This document shows, piece after piece, positions 45,071-55,899 of a stretch of DNA of 64,000 nucleotides. Within the stretch, counting starts at the first letter, position 1. Every line of letters starts with the position of its first letter. This DNA is from an uncultured virus (IMG/VR IMGVR_UViG_3300027917_000045). Its lineage: Duplodnaviria; Heunggongvirae; Uroviricota; Caudoviricetes. Both the position numbers and the translations under genes were made by a program. The DNA lies in IMG/VR virus record IMGVR_UViG_3300027917_000045. The stretch is one strand, 5' to 3'. The notes beneath the pieces were generated by a model that was not told the DNA's origin, ran no database searches, and saw only the letters and a program-made list of their open reading frames with translations.

Positions 45071-47214
45071 CAATTGACATTACGGGTATTCAACGCCTCG
45101 ATACTGCTGAGGCAACAACTAACTGGACTAAGATCACGCAGGCTGTGGCTCAAGAGCCCGATATTGTTTGGCAAGGGACCTACAGTGTGAGTGGTAAGAT
45201 TGGTACGTCTCTGGCTGGCCATTACCTGTCTGGTGGTACGGGAATGCCACTCAACATGACAACGGATACTCAAGATGTTGTTATGATGAAGCAGATTTGG
45301 ACCAACTATGCGGTATTACAGTCGGTTGAGTCTGCCTCAGCTCGTATAGGATCTGGCACAGGTGCTTACTATGCTTACTACATCGCTGACGATGGTACGC
45401 AAGGCGACATTGACTACCCAGCCAAAGGTGGGTGGTTGATCTCTCCGATAGACCCAAACATTACTGCGTGGCGTGATGGGGTGGTTGGTAGCCCGAGTCT
45501 TACGGCTGTAGACTATATCGCAACGCTCGGTTATTTCACCGCAACGTCTAAGTCTGAGAATGTTTGTACGGACTCGGTGGATGTAGGTGACGGTATGTTT
45601 CTTACAGGTGGCGATACGGCTCCAGCAGGTGCGTGGCAGGACTTTGTGGATAAGGACGAGAACCAACCGAGTACGGGGCGTTTTGGGTATTTCACGACTA
45701 TCGAAGGTATTATCTATGTTTTCGGTACCCACTGGATCGGTCGAACCAGCACCCCGACAACTACTCTCACTGAGTTCTTCGATGAGCTACAGACTCTCGT
45801 ATTCCCGGGTGGCCGTGTAGGTGCTGGTTGGAATGCTATCAAGCTGGATCTCGGTAACGCTTCAACCGACATCGACTTTTTTAACGTCACTCATAAGGGC
45901 GTAGGACGCTCTGAACATAAGAAGTATTTTGATACGGAGTATGAAGTAGATGGCACCAATGAAGAGCTAGACATCACAGCTCACGGATTTCTTACTGGTG
46001 ATGCGGTTATCTACAGTAAGGAAGGTGGTACAGAAGCTATCGGTCTGACTGACACCAACGAGTACTTTGTCGAGTACATGACTGCTGATACTATTGCTCT
46101 CCACACTACGCGACAGGGAGCTTACACAGCCGGTACACCAGTAGGTCTAACAGCCTCTACCTCTACTAACGCAGAGAACCATAGCCTGACTCGTACACCG
46201 GATACTAGACCTGACCTGACAGCCACAGGGACCGCTGGAGACTTCTTAGCCGATGGCTGTGCGTTTCTTGGTTGGAGACAGATTGTCTTAACTAGTGCTT
46301 GTGAGCTGAATGGTTGCACTATCGTTGAGGCTCACTTCATAGACATTAACACCTCTACTGGAGCTACAATCGACGGGTGTGTTATAGACTCCCCGACTAC
46401 GGCTCCCGGTGAGACGTTCCTCAAGACCAACACTGTAGCCAACATCCAGAACAACGAGTTCATAGCTGGAGACAATGGTGGTCACGCGATTGAACTGACT
46501 TCTGCCGCTGGTAGCCCTTACAGCCTTGCAGGTAACACCTTCACAGGTTGGGGTCCCACGCACAAGACTTTCAACGCTCAGGATATTGGTAGCGGCGGTG
46601 ACGTGGATGACGCGAACGATGAAGTGGACATTACAGGGCATGGCTTTACGTCTGGAGACCCTGTATACTACTCCGACGAAGGCGGTACACAGCTTAGTGG
46701 TCTAGTTGACCAGACTATGTACTACGTGAGAGCTGTAACAGCTAACGCTATCAGTTTCCATGATACTGAGTATGGAGCCCTCAACAACACCAACAAGATC
46801 GCAATTACGGCTGGTTCAGACGAAGATCATGCGATCTACAGCGCCAATGCGGCTCTATACAACAGCTCTGGTGGAGCGGTCACGATCAATGTGTCTGACG
46901 GCAACGTGCCCACGATACGCAACTCTGCTGGCTCTAGCACGACAATCGTGGCTAGTGTGAGCGTGACTTTCACTAATCTAATCAATGGGACAGAAGTGAG
47001 AGTCTTTGATGCTGGGGATAACAGTGACATCGCAGGAACAGAGAGTGTAACAGGTAACCAGTTCCAATTCTCAGATGAGGCTGCTAACGTGGTGCATGTA
47101 CACTTTATTAAGAAGGACTATGTGTTTATCCGATTGGACAACTATACAATACCCGCTACTGCGGTGTCGTTCCCTGTTGTCCAACAGTTCGACCGTAACT
47201 ACTCTAATCCATAA
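45058..47214 (+). CDS. Virion structural/tail-fibre-like protein with two HGF-GD (FCCH-like) repeats
   Basis: ITAHGFLTGDAVIYS and ITGHGFTSGDPVYYS repeats; ends in RNYSNP. Confidence 0.6.
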   Translation: MAVVAIDITGIQRLDTAEATTNWTKITQAVAQEPDIVWQGTYSVSGKIGTSLAGHYLSGGTGMPLNMTTDTQDVVMMKQIWTNYAVLQSVESASARIGSGTGAYYAYYIADDGTQGDIDYPAKGGWLISPIDPNITAWRDGVVGSPSLTAVDYIATLGYFTATSKSENVCTDSVDVGDGMFLTGGDTAPAGAWQDFVDKDENQPSTGRFGYFTTIEGIIYVFGTHWIGRTSTPTTTLTEFFDELQTLVFPGGRVGAGWNAIKLDLGNASTDIDFFNVTHKGVGRSEHKKYFDTEYEVDGTNEELDITAHGFLTGDAVIYSKEGGTEAIGLTDTNEYFVEYMTADTIALHTTRQGAYTAGTPVGLTASTSTNAENHSLTRTPDTRPDLTATGTAGDFLADGCAFLGWRQIVLTSACELNGCTIVEAHFIDINTSTGATIDGCVIDSPTTAPGETFLKTNTVANIQNNEFIAGDNGGHAIELTSAAGSPYSLAGNTFTGWGPTHKTFNAQDIGSGGDVDDANDEVDITGHGFTSGDPVYYSDEGGTQLSGLVDQTMYYVRAVTANAISFHDTEYGALNNTNKIAITAGSDEDHAIYSANAALYNSSGGAVTINVSDGNVPTIRNSAGSSTTIVASVSVTFTNLINGTEVRVFDAGDNSDIAGTESVTGNQFQFSDEAANVVHVHFIKKDYVFIRLDNYTIPATAVSFPVVQQFDRNYSNP

Positions 47215-47225
47215 GGACTAGACAT

Positions 47226-47444
47226 TTGGACACGAAATTCCCTACAGTTATACACGGAGACGAGACTCCAACTCGGTGCATCAACCCGATTTGTGAGATC
47301 GAACTCGCTCGTGGGGATACATACAAAATCAGCCCCGAGGGTCCGCTCTGCGTGCCCTGCGGACAAGTGCGGGAGTTCGAGCTAAATAGGGCTCGACTAC
47401 GCGCAGAGAAAGCAAGCAACGTCAACCAGTTTGAGGTACTGTAA
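47226..47444 (+). CDS. Small Zn-finger protein
   Basis: CINPIC...CVPC. Confidence 0.45.
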   Translation: MDTKFPTVIHGDETPTRCINPICEIELARGDTYKISPEGPLCVPCGQVREFELNRARLRAEKASNVNQFEVL

Positions 47445-49951
47445 TGGCAATCGTAACGGACCCGGATAGCCTTGATAGACAACAGGTTATCTTCAATATT
47501 GATCAGAAGCTCTTGTACGTAAAAGGAGTCGGTACTGCAACTGACTCTGGTACAAACGGGAGCTTCGATGCAGACAACCCCGGGGCAGGTGAACACCGAT
47601 TCACTGCTTCTGGAGAGAACTTTGATGTCTCTGGAGCTGCGGTAGGAGATATTGTATGCATTGAGACTATGCGTAATGCGGGAGCTGGTCCCGCGAAGAA
47701 CGCTGGTCACTGGAAAATCAAGAGCGTTGATTCTGCTACTCAGCTTACTCTGGAGGAGTACGATACAGGAGAAGAGGCTACTCCAGTAGACGAGATTACA
47801 GGCGACTATGTGTATAGTGTCAGACCTCCTACTGGCGGCACTATTGAGGCAGGCGGTGCTGTCTTGTTCATAGATACAGGAGTTACCTTGCAGTGTCTCT
47901 ACTCTTTCAGTAAAGAGGAGTGGAAGGACGATAACTACCTGAACAAGATCCAATTCCCCTTTGAGCTGATCACAAGAGAACAGGGTGAGATCGGTGGTGG
48001 TAACGAGAACAGTGATTGGGACTTCGGTAACGATGCTACTCGGGAGCTGATCCGTACTGGTGGGTTTGACGACAAGAACACAGCCGGTACGAGCCAGCGG
48101 CTCTACGCCGGTATTGTCACCTTGGGTAGCTTGGATACTGATACTCAGGTGTACTACCAACAGGTTGATGAAGACGAACCGCCTGCGGACTTCGCCCGTA
48201 CAGGAGCGGTGAATACACCTTTGCTGGTGTACACTAACCCTACACCAGACAACCGCACGTACCTGAAGCTGTTTGCTAGGAAGAAGGCCAGAACCTACGA
48301 CAGTTCAGAGATCGCTGACATTGATGTGACCTCGATTGAGGGTATCGTAAACCGATTCCCTCTAGCTCATATTGAGGACCCAGCTATCACAGCTCAAGAC
48401 GCGCAGATAGATGGCGCTCCAGACTACTTCACCTCGATCAGTATTGATACTGTAACTGCTGCGGATGTTACAGCGTCTACACGCACTATCACTAAGACGG
48501 GTGAGAACTTCACGACTACAGTGACAGTGGGTGATATTCTCTACTTTACTGCTGGAACAAACAGCGGTAATTACTATGAAGTTGAGACTGTCACTGACGA
48601 TACTAACCTTGTTGTGACAGCAGCTTCAGCAACGGAAGGTAGTTTGTCTGATGCTACTGGTACTGAGTCCTTCACGGTCTATACACCTTGGGTGCGTGTG
48701 ACTGCTGGTACAGGTGCTATCGCTGACGTTGACGGCGCGACTGGTACGTTGATTGACTCTACAGTGGCTAACTTCAACACTACGGACTCCCGAGGGGCTA
48801 GGGCTGTTGCTGCTAACGACATTGTGGTGATCACGGAGGCTGCTTCTAACCATCGTGGAGCTTACAAGGTTGTGAGTCAAGACTCAGCTACACAGCTAAC
48901 TTTGAACACTAGTGACCGTATCTTTACGTCTCAGAGTGCCTACGATTACGAGATCTTCGTTCCTTCGATGCACATTGAGTACAAGAGCGAGACTCGCAGC
49001 ACAGTGACTCACAGTACCGACAATATGACATTCAACGATGATGGTGGCTCTGGTTACAGCACCATGACTCGTAGCTCTGGTTCGTGGATCACGGATGGTT
49101 ACGAAGATGGAGACCTGATCGTAGTCGCTGGTACTTCTAGCAACAACGGTACCTTCTCTATCCAAAGCGTGGATAACGCGACTGTAATCACACTGAACAG
49201 CATCCATACACTGACCGATGAAGGGCCTACTTCTAGTGGTACAACGAACGGCACAGGACACTTCGCTAGGTCTGGTTTCGCGCCTGATACTGCTGATGTG
49301 TTCCCGTTCGAGTGGCGTATGTTCGGCAACGATCAGTCTCTTGCAGAATGCTTCCAGTTTATTCAGAGGCAGCTGCGAATCGACGCTGATATTGACCGAG
49401 GCCCGGGCACCAGTAACGGCAAGGTTACTGACCCGTTGATGTCATTCGTTGATCCTAACGGTGTAGGTCTGAATATGTTCATTGATGACCTACTCTCGAC
49501 AGACATCAATAACAGTGCCTTTTTAACGGCGTGGCACTCTGCAACTGGTGGTTCTAACATTACGTTGCCGTTTACTTCTGGTGTCACGATTACTGTATCA
49601 CAGACTCTTATCGACGCTGCACCCAACAACAGGGTGACTGCATACTTTGACGATCCAGATGGTACTCCGTCTTCGGGCGATGAATACGGTACGGCTGGTG
49701 CAATCGTTGTGGACGATAAGGACGGTGTGGACATTGACTATACCAACGTCACCACGGACATCAGTACTACGTTCGCGTATGACACTAACGCACAGGGGGG
49801 CAGAACACCCGGGACCAATGCTGATGTAACGGTGGTTGGTATAGGTACAACAGATGCTCAGTTCGCTCTCTCTACTCGAACGATTACGAGGACGAACGAA
49901 AACCCGGTTACCCTGACGGCTGCTCTTGAACGTAACTACAGTAACCCGTAA
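47444..49951 (+). CDS. Thr-rich virion structural/tail protein
   Basis: Repeated GD.....G..N.G.Y.V..V beta modules; ends in RNYSNP. Confidence 0.6.
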   Translation: MAIVTDPDSLDRQQVIFNIDQKLLYVKGVGTATDSGTNGSFDADNPGAGEHRFTASGENFDVSGAAVGDIVCIETMRNAGAGPAKNAGHWKIKSVDSATQLTLEEYDTGEEATPVDEITGDYVYSVRPPTGGTIEAGGAVLFIDTGVTLQCLYSFSKEEWKDDNYLNKIQFPFELITREQGEIGGGNENSDWDFGNDATRELIRTGGFDDKNTAGTSQRLYAGIVTLGSLDTDTQVYYQQVDEDEPPADFARTGAVNTPLLVYTNPTPDNRTYLKLFARKKARTYDSSEIADIDVTSIEGIVNRFPLAHIEDPAITAQDAQIDGAPDYFTSISIDTVTAADVTASTRTITKTGENFTTTVTVGDILYFTAGTNSGNYYEVETVTDDTNLVVTAASATEGSLSDATGTESFTVYTPWVRVTAGTGAIADVDGATGTLIDSTVANFNTTDSRGARAVAANDIVVITEAASNHRGAYKVVSQDSATQLTLNTSDRIFTSQSAYDYEIFVPSMHIEYKSETRSTVTHSTDNMTFNDDGGSGYSTMTRSSGSWITDGYEDGDLIVVAGTSSNNGTFSIQSVDNATVITLNSIHTLTDEGPTSSGTTNGTGHFARSGFAPDTADVFPFEWRMFGNDQSLAECFQFIQRQLRIDADIDRGPGTSNGKVTDPLMSFVDPNGVGLNMFIDDLLSTDINNSAFLTAWHSATGGSNITLPFTSGVTITVSQTLIDAAPNNRVTAYFDDPDGTPSSGDEYGTAGAIVVDDKDGVDIDYTNVTTDISTTFAYDTNAQGGRTPGTNADVTVVGIGTTDAQFALSTRTITRTNENPVTLTAALERNYSNP

Positions 49952-49971
49952 GCCGATTAGGGGTTACGCTC

Positions 49972-50637
49972 ATGGCGGTCAAAGTGACCTACGACTACAC
50001 GAACAAGCTCTTCATAGCTAAGGCTGGCGTGACAGAGATTGATGTTCAGGTAGATCTATATTCAGACTGGAAAGAAGACTGTCTTGATGACACGTTCTTC
50101 TTCGGTATGGTACAACCTTTGAGAACTACGGGGGGCGATGACCTCGGTGGTGGCAAGATCATCGCTCCCTATTTCTTCTTTCTCAACGGTTGGAAGTTGA
50201 GACCAGACGAAGCTAATCATACACTCACGATTAGTGGTAACTGGTATGATGACCCAGCCGGGGCTGGACTAATTGTGCCTACGGTTGGTGCGTATACAGT
50301 AAATGTTATTCTAGAGAGAGGTGTTGACGTGCTTGGTGTAGACTCGGCCAACGTCACTTCAATTTGGGGTAGCACTGAAGCTGCTGAGAAGTTGTCTATC
50401 TCAGCTACGGGGATAGTGAAAGGTACTGTGGTAGGAGCAGGTACAGTCGTTAGTTGTGTAACTGACCTGACAGAGGCCACGAATGACCACTACAATAACC
50501 GTGTCATTCTTTGGACAACAGGTAACCTGACGGACCAAATAGCCAAGGTCACTGACTACATTGGTGGTTCCAAGACTCTAGTATACAGTCAGGTGACTGA
50601 AGGTCCTGCCGATGGTGACGAGTTCATTCTGATCTAA
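49972..50637 (+). CDS. Putative virion structural protein
   Basis: DLYSDWKE, TTGGDDLGGG, NGWKLRP pattern. Confidence 0.55.
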   Translation: MAVKVTYDYTNKLFIAKAGVTEIDVQVDLYSDWKEDCLDDTFFFGMVQPLRTTGGDDLGGGKIIAPYFFFLNGWKLRPDEANHTLTISGNWYDDPAGAGLIVPTVGAYTVNVILERGVDVLGVDSANVTSIWGSTEAAEKLSISATGIVKGTVVGAGTVVSCVTDLTEATNDHYNNRVILWTTGNLTDQIAKVTDYIGGSKTLVYSQVTEGPADGDEFILI

Positions 50638-50789
50638 TGGCTAAGGAAGACTTCTTCACGTTCGTAAGGCTGGGGCTCTCTGGGGTGCCGAGGGCCAACC
50701 TTGCTTTTGAGATAGAAGAGGAAGAGCCTGAAGAGAAGAGATGGTGGAAGAGAGTGCCTGAGATATGGAGAACGAAGACGGATGACTAG
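50637..50789 (+). CDS. 50-aa hypothetical protein
   Basis: TAATG coupling; overlaps the terL start. Confidence 0.4.
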   Translation: MAKEDFFTFVRLGLSGVPRANLAFEIEEEEPEEKRWWKRVPEIWRTKTDD

Positions 50790-52293
50790 GATAGTATCCC
50801 TTGAGGACATCGAACAAGAGATTAAGAGGCGACAATACGAGGACCCACTTAAGACGGTCTATACACCACATGCGATTCAATTATTGATACACGCTTCTCG
50901 TGCGGTATTGACTCTTGTGATTGGTGGTAACCGCAGTGGTAAGACTTTTTCTGCTGTGGCTGAAGCGTTGTACTACTGTTTAGGGCGCTCTGTGTACGCC
51001 GAGGTACCTGATCCACCCGTTACGGTTTGGTACGTCATGCCCTCGTTTGGTATGTTCGAGAAGACTATCTATCCGATCTTCAAGCAACTCGTGCCGTGGA
51101 AAGAAGTGAAGAGCTTTTCTGAGCGTGATCACTACGTCAAGTTCAATAATGGCTCTATGCTGTACTTCATCTCTGCTGACCAGAGACAGATGCGTATTCA
51201 GGGCGCTTCTGTTGACTTCATTGTGATGGACGAGTCTCCCAACGAGAGTATCTATGGAGAGCTGATCGCTCGTCTAATCGACCGTGGGGGCCGGATGTTG
51301 ATGGTCCTCGCCCCGGTGGATGCGAAGTCGTTCTGGATTCGTGACAAGATCTATGTTCCTCACCTTGCAGATGAGAGTGAGGGCACAGAGGTCATCAACA
51401 TGCCTACGATTGATGATGAAGGTAACCCTCTCGTGCCCACGTATACGCGAGAGGAGATTGAACGTATGGCTAGCAAGTGGACTGACCCTGCTGAGCGTAG
51501 TGCTCGGTTGTATGGTGAGTTCATTGTTCGCTCTGGTCTCGTGTTCAAGTCATTCGACAGAGACGTTCACTTCATCAAACCTTTCAAGATACCTGACAAT
51601 TACGTTCGGTGGGCGTGTGTAGATCCGCAGTATCACAGGTTTGCGTGTTTGTTCTTTACAGCTGATGAGCACGGGAACTATTATATCACCGACGAGTATT
51701 TCTCTCAGGATGAAACACTCGCCGCTCGCGCAGAGCGGATGGCAGTGATTGCAGGTGAAGTAGAACAATCAATACCAGTTTATGTGGATTCTGCGAACCC
51801 ACAAGACATAGCAGAGCTTAACTATCACTTCGACCGGATTGCTGCCCCGTTAGGCGCGATTAGCCTGCCCATGAAGAAGGAGATCCACAAGATGGTTCTC
51901 CGAGTTCATTCGTACTTAGAGCCAGACATCGAAAGGAAGTTTCCTAAGATCACTAATATGGGAGACATGTTAGGAGCTCCTCGCCTCTTTGTGTTCGACT
52001 CTATAATCTCTACGTGGAGATGGAACGAGCAGAAGATGACTGTCTCTCGCTTGATTTGGGAACTGGAACGGTTATCGTGGGGGCAGAACGGTAAACCAGA
52101 TAAGCAGTCTGCTGATGGCGCTGATGCTTGTGACTGTTTGATCTACGGTACCGCTATCCAAGCTTCTGGTGTTAGGCAACCGGAGAGAGAGAAGTGGAAA
52201 GATGGATTATCCTCTGGTGACATCGCTATTTGGAAGGCGATTGAGAGGCAAGATAAGAGGGGTATAGACTACTTGGATTACTTGGATTACTAG
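50782..52293 (+). CDS. terL: Terminase large subunit
   Basis: GGNRSGKT Walker A, FIVMDE Walker B, ARLYGEF, nuclease-domain Asp residues (CVD, YVDSA, DACDCL). Confidence 0.9.
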   Translation: MTRIVSLEDIEQEIKRRQYEDPLKTVYTPHAIQLLIHASRAVLTLVIGGNRSGKTFSAVAEALYYCLGRSVYAEVPDPPVTVWYVMPSFGMFEKTIYPIFKQLVPWKEVKSFSERDHYVKFNNGSMLYFISADQRQMRIQGASVDFIVMDESPNESIYGELIARLIDRGGRMLMVLAPVDAKSFWIRDKIYVPHLADESEGTEVINMPTIDDEGNPLVPTYTREEIERMASKWTDPAERSARLYGEFIVRSGLVFKSFDRDVHFIKPFKIPDNYVRWACVDPQYHRFACLFFTADEHGNYYITDEYFSQDETLAARAERMAVIAGEVEQSIPVYVDSANPQDIAELNYHFDRIAAPLGAISLPMKKEIHKMVLRVHSYLEPDIERKFPKITNMGDMLGAPRLFVFDSIISTWRWNEQKMTVSRLIWELERLSWGQNGKPDKQSADGADACDCLIYGTAIQASGVRQPEREKWKDGLSSGDIAIWKAIERQDKRGIDYLDYLDY

Positions 52294-52303
52294 GAGAAGA
52301 GAC

Positions 52304-52501
52304 ATGGATGTGCTACTATTGGTGTTAGCTGGAGGTACCGGAGTCGGTATAGGGATGCTAGTTCTCTATTTGACTGCTGTACTTCCATTAGTTAAAACTC
52401 TGGAGGCTATGCGATACAGAGGCTTCGAGCCTGAACGTGAACTACCGGCTGAACCAGACGTGCCGAAGGTATCGCCACTTTGGGAAACCATACGAGAGTA
52501 A
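52304..52501 (+). CDS. Small membrane protein
   Basis: AGGAG SD; TM segment. Confidence 0.5.
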   Translation: MDVLLLVLAGGTGVGIGMLVLYLTAVLPLVKTLEAMRYRGFEPERELPAEPDVPKVSPLWETIRE

Positions 52502-52504
52502 AGA

Positions 52505-54565
52505 ATGCCTAGACACACAACAAACACGATTCCCGATCTGGGTAACCCTGACGATTTCGCTCGTTACTCTAAGCGACAGTGGGAGAGGTTGGACGGCTTC
52601 TACGGCTTTTGGGTAGAGCGTTGGCGCAGGGTTATAGACTTCATCAGATCCCAACATTGGCGTACCCTTCAAGAGATAGACGAGAAGAATATCCCCAAAT
52701 GGAAGCAGTACCCAATTATCGACATGGTACTGGCCTCCTATATTGACTATATGACGCAGTGGTTGCAGTCAGACGTTCGTTTCTCTGCTATGCCTGCGTC
52801 TCCTTCCCATGACGATATTGTGGCCTCTAATCTAGCTGAAGGTGTACTGTCGTATCTCTGGGACAGTCTCGAAATGGACATTAACCGCATCGAACTGGGG
52901 GCATGGTTACTCGCCACCGGTAACGGTGCGTTAAGAGTGTACTGGGACACTAATACAGGGAACCTCTTACCACTAGCTAAGGAAGAGAATGGGGAGCTTA
53001 TCCCAGTCTATCCAGATGGCTCCCCACTACCCCCCGGCATTGACCCGATCATGCTCGACGCTGGAGAGATCAACGTCGAACCTGTCTCTCCTCAGATGGT
53101 CCGTTGGATCACTGGTGGCCGCAAGGTCAAGGGAGTCATGGTTGGCTTCCTTCTAGATTACGATGAGGTGACTGAGAGATACGGCAGAGACAAGGCCGAT
53201 ACGTTGGGTTACAGTACGGACTGGGTTGGTGTCTCGTTAGATCTTATGGACATCCACGCTCCCTCTCTTGACCTAATGAAGACCGACAGAGCGTTGGTGA
53301 TAGAGCACTACCTGCCAGCGTCTTATCGTCATCCAGAGGGGCTATGGTGGACGACTAGTGATACGAACGTCATTGTTCCTCCCTACCCGCTACCGGCTGG
53401 TAAGGTACCCATAGTCCCGTTCCGTTGGGCTCCACTCCCGGGCCACCCCACGATGGGTATGACCCCGCTGTACAGCATGAGTCACACTAACAAGCTGTAT
53501 GATCGCGTGCTCGCTAAACAGCTAGAGTGGATGGAGAAGATCGTGCCTAAGACCCTACTAAAGTCAGGCGGTGGTGTGAAACCGGGAGACTTTAACAAGG
53601 AACCCGGGCAGGAGATTCCTGTTCACTCTGGAGCTGAGCCAGACTTTCTCTCGCCACCTGAGATGCCAGCTACCTACCGTGAGACTCGTGAAGAGATTAA
53701 GGACGCTCACTCTTATGTCGGACTCTACCAGTTCAATAACGAGAAAGAGCCTCTGCCGGGACAAGTAGAGAAGCGTCTCAGGCTTCCTTCTCGTGTCGGT
53801 AGACAGGGAGAGCAGACCCAACTCGCTGTAATCAATTCTCGTGCCTCATGGAAACAGATGGGTGAGGTACTGTTAGCCTACGTGGGTAGATTCTATACAG
53901 AACCTAGGGCTATTCAGATCATAGGACCTGATCGTGCATACCAGTGGAAGGAGTTCACCGGAACCGATTTGCGTAATCTTGAAGCAACGATTAAAGTTGA
54001 CGAGATTTCGCTGTACCCGTGGGCGAAGCAGGAAATCCGTGATGCTGTGATTGCTGTACTGAGTACAGATGCGGGACAGATCCTCTTCGCTGACAAGACT
54101 GGTCAGTTGGATATGGGGAAGGTATCTAAAGCTATGCAGGCCACAGGGTTAGAGGCTGCCTTTGATACTCTGGATGAGGATATTCTAGAGGCTAGGAACG
54201 AGCATTCCCTGTTTGAGAACCTGCCGGAAGAGACAGAGACTCCCCCGATTCAGCCGTGGAACGATCACTCTACTCATGTATCTGAGCATACTAGCTTAGC
54301 GAAGAGTAGGATCTTTAAGGCGTGGCCTCAGCACGCACAGAAGGCGTTGCTTGACCACATGGGTCAGCACGAGGAACAGTTGAACAAGGCGCAAGAAGCG
54401 CAACAGCAGGCTCAGTTGGAGATGGAACAGTCACTTAGGAGTATCAGAGCCGACACTGAGACACAGGCAGCTATCAAGGAGAAACTCGGTGAAGAGACCA
54501 TTGAGATGATCATGGGTCTCATGCGTAACGCGCTTGGCTCTATTGGAGAAGAACCTAAAGACTAG
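52505..54565 (+). CDS. Portal protein
   Basis: 686 aa, follows terL, with a C-terminal Gln-rich coiled coil (P22-like barrel). Confidence 0.8.
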   Translation: MPRHTTNTIPDLGNPDDFARYSKRQWERLDGFYGFWVERWRRVIDFIRSQHWRTLQEIDEKNIPKWKQYPIIDMVLASYIDYMTQWLQSDVRFSAMPASPSHDDIVASNLAEGVLSYLWDSLEMDINRIELGAWLLATGNGALRVYWDTNTGNLLPLAKEENGELIPVYPDGSPLPPGIDPIMLDAGEINVEPVSPQMVRWITGGRKVKGVMVGFLLDYDEVTERYGRDKADTLGYSTDWVGVSLDLMDIHAPSLDLMKTDRALVIEHYLPASYRHPEGLWWTTSDTNVIVPPYPLPAGKVPIVPFRWAPLPGHPTMGMTPLYSMSHTNKLYDRVLAKQLEWMEKIVPKTLLKSGGGVKPGDFNKEPGQEIPVHSGAEPDFLSPPEMPATYRETREEIKDAHSYVGLYQFNNEKEPLPGQVEKRLRLPSRVGRQGEQTQLAVINSRASWKQMGEVLLAYVGRFYTEPRAIQIIGPDRAYQWKEFTGTDLRNLEATIKVDEISLYPWAKQEIRDAVIAVLSTDAGQILFADKTGQLDMGKVSKAMQATGLEAAFDTLDEDILEARNEHSLFENLPEETETPPIQPWNDHSTHVSEHTSLAKSRIFKAWPQHAQKALLDHMGQHEEQLNKAQEAQQQAQLEMEQSLRSIRADTETQAAIKEKLGEETIEMIMGLMRNALGSIGEEPKD

Positions 54566-54577
54566 GAGTCCTAGGAG

Positions 54578-55612
54578 ATGGGAAGAAAGCCTTGGTCTGA
54601 TGAAGACAAAGAGCTAGTGAAAGAGGTCTACCCTGAGTTAGGGGACATCGCACTAGCTAAAATACTAAACAGGACGCAGGGATCTATACGTGATATGGCT
54701 CGGCGTCTTGGAGTGAAAAGGAAAGGGGGCAGCGGTACTATAGGGGGAGTTACCCCAAACGTCATAGACGATATTCCCGTGGTTAGTCCCCTTTCTATTC
54801 ACATACCAGATACGTTAGTGAAACCAATACTAGACGATATGCCTATATGCTCACTCGTCTATGGAGACGTTCACATTCCGTTTCAAGATGATGCTGCTTT
54901 GAGTATCATGTATCAGGTGTGTGAGATTGTGGACTTTACAGAGGTAATGAACATAGGAGATCTGACCGACAACTGGCAGATCTCTTCTTACATCCCTCCC
55001 GACGAACGACAGTTAGACCGTACACAACAAAGCTTGCAAGAGCAATTTACAATGGCTGCTCAACACGTCGGGAAGATGGAATACTTGAACCCTAACGCTG
55101 ACCTGTATTTCCTTGAGGGTAACCACGAGGAGAGGTGGTCACGTATGTTTCGCAAGGCGCAAGAGGATTACAAGTGGCGTCACATACTCTCTCTACCTCA
55201 TGTACAAGAAGCTCTCTCTGTCCGTTACATGATAGGGTTCAGTGAGCGTTGGAAGTACCGTGAGTACAACGATGAGTTGGTTCACCATGACAGGATAGTG
55301 TTCACCCACGGTGACCGTACAACTATCTGGGTGACTCGTGGTATGTTGGAGAGGTACGGTAAGAGTTCTATGTTTGGACACACTCACCGTATCCAGAACT
55401 TTACTAAGACTGATTTAGTAGGCACCATAGCAGCGTGGAATATTGGCTGTATGTGTGACCTGCATCCCCACTACAAGTACTCTAACGCCACGAACTGGGC
55501 TCAGGGTTTCGCAGTGGTCTATTGGTCTGACGATAGGAAATGGTTCCATGTTGAGCAGATCAGGATACATGACGGTAAGGCTATGACTCCGTGGGGGTTG
55601 TTGACAGCTTAG
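54578..55612 (+). CDS. Metallophosphoesterase with N-terminal HTH
   Basis: GDVH, GDLTD, GNHE, THG, GHTHR; N-terminal WSDEDKELV...RT..SIR..ARRLG. Confidence 0.85.
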   Translation: MGRKPWSDEDKELVKEVYPELGDIALAKILNRTQGSIRDMARRLGVKRKGGSGTIGGVTPNVIDDIPVVSPLSIHIPDTLVKPILDDMPICSLVYGDVHIPFQDDAALSIMYQVCEIVDFTEVMNIGDLTDNWQISSYIPPDERQLDRTQQSLQEQFTMAAQHVGKMEYLNPNADLYFLEGNHEERWSRMFRKAQEDYKWRHILSLPHVQEALSVRYMIGFSERWKYREYNDELVHHDRIVFTHGDRTTIWVTRGMLERYGKSSMFGHTHRIQNFTKTDLVGTIAAWNIGCMCDLHPHYKYSNATNWAQGFAVVYWSDDRKWFHVEQIRIHDGKAMTPWGLLTA

Positions 55613-55677
55613 CGGTTGGTAGGAAGATTACAAGGACACTAGTGTAGTAATACTTAAACAGAACAAGGAGCATACGT

Positions 55678-55899
55678 ATGCCAAAAGGTTTCAGAAGCCC
55701 TAGCCCCAACACTGGCGGGATGAGAGTCCCCAGCAAGAATGCTGGTGCTAAGCCCAAGGCCAAAGGTTCGGCCTCTGCTGGTGACAAGGACCGTATGGGC
55801 AAATCTCAGGCTATTCCTACAGGTCAGACGCAGGTAAATAAGTTCCCGCCTAGCACCGGGAAGCACTCAAGGGCTGGCGAGAAGACTGGTAAGCCGTAA
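55678..55899 (+). CDS. Small basic low-complexity protein
   Basis: AAGGAG SD; K/G/P/S-rich. Confidence 0.5.
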   Translation: MPKGFRSPSPNTGGMRVPSKNAGAKPKAKGSASAGDKDRMGKSQAIPTGQTQVNKFPPSTGKHSRAGEKTGKP

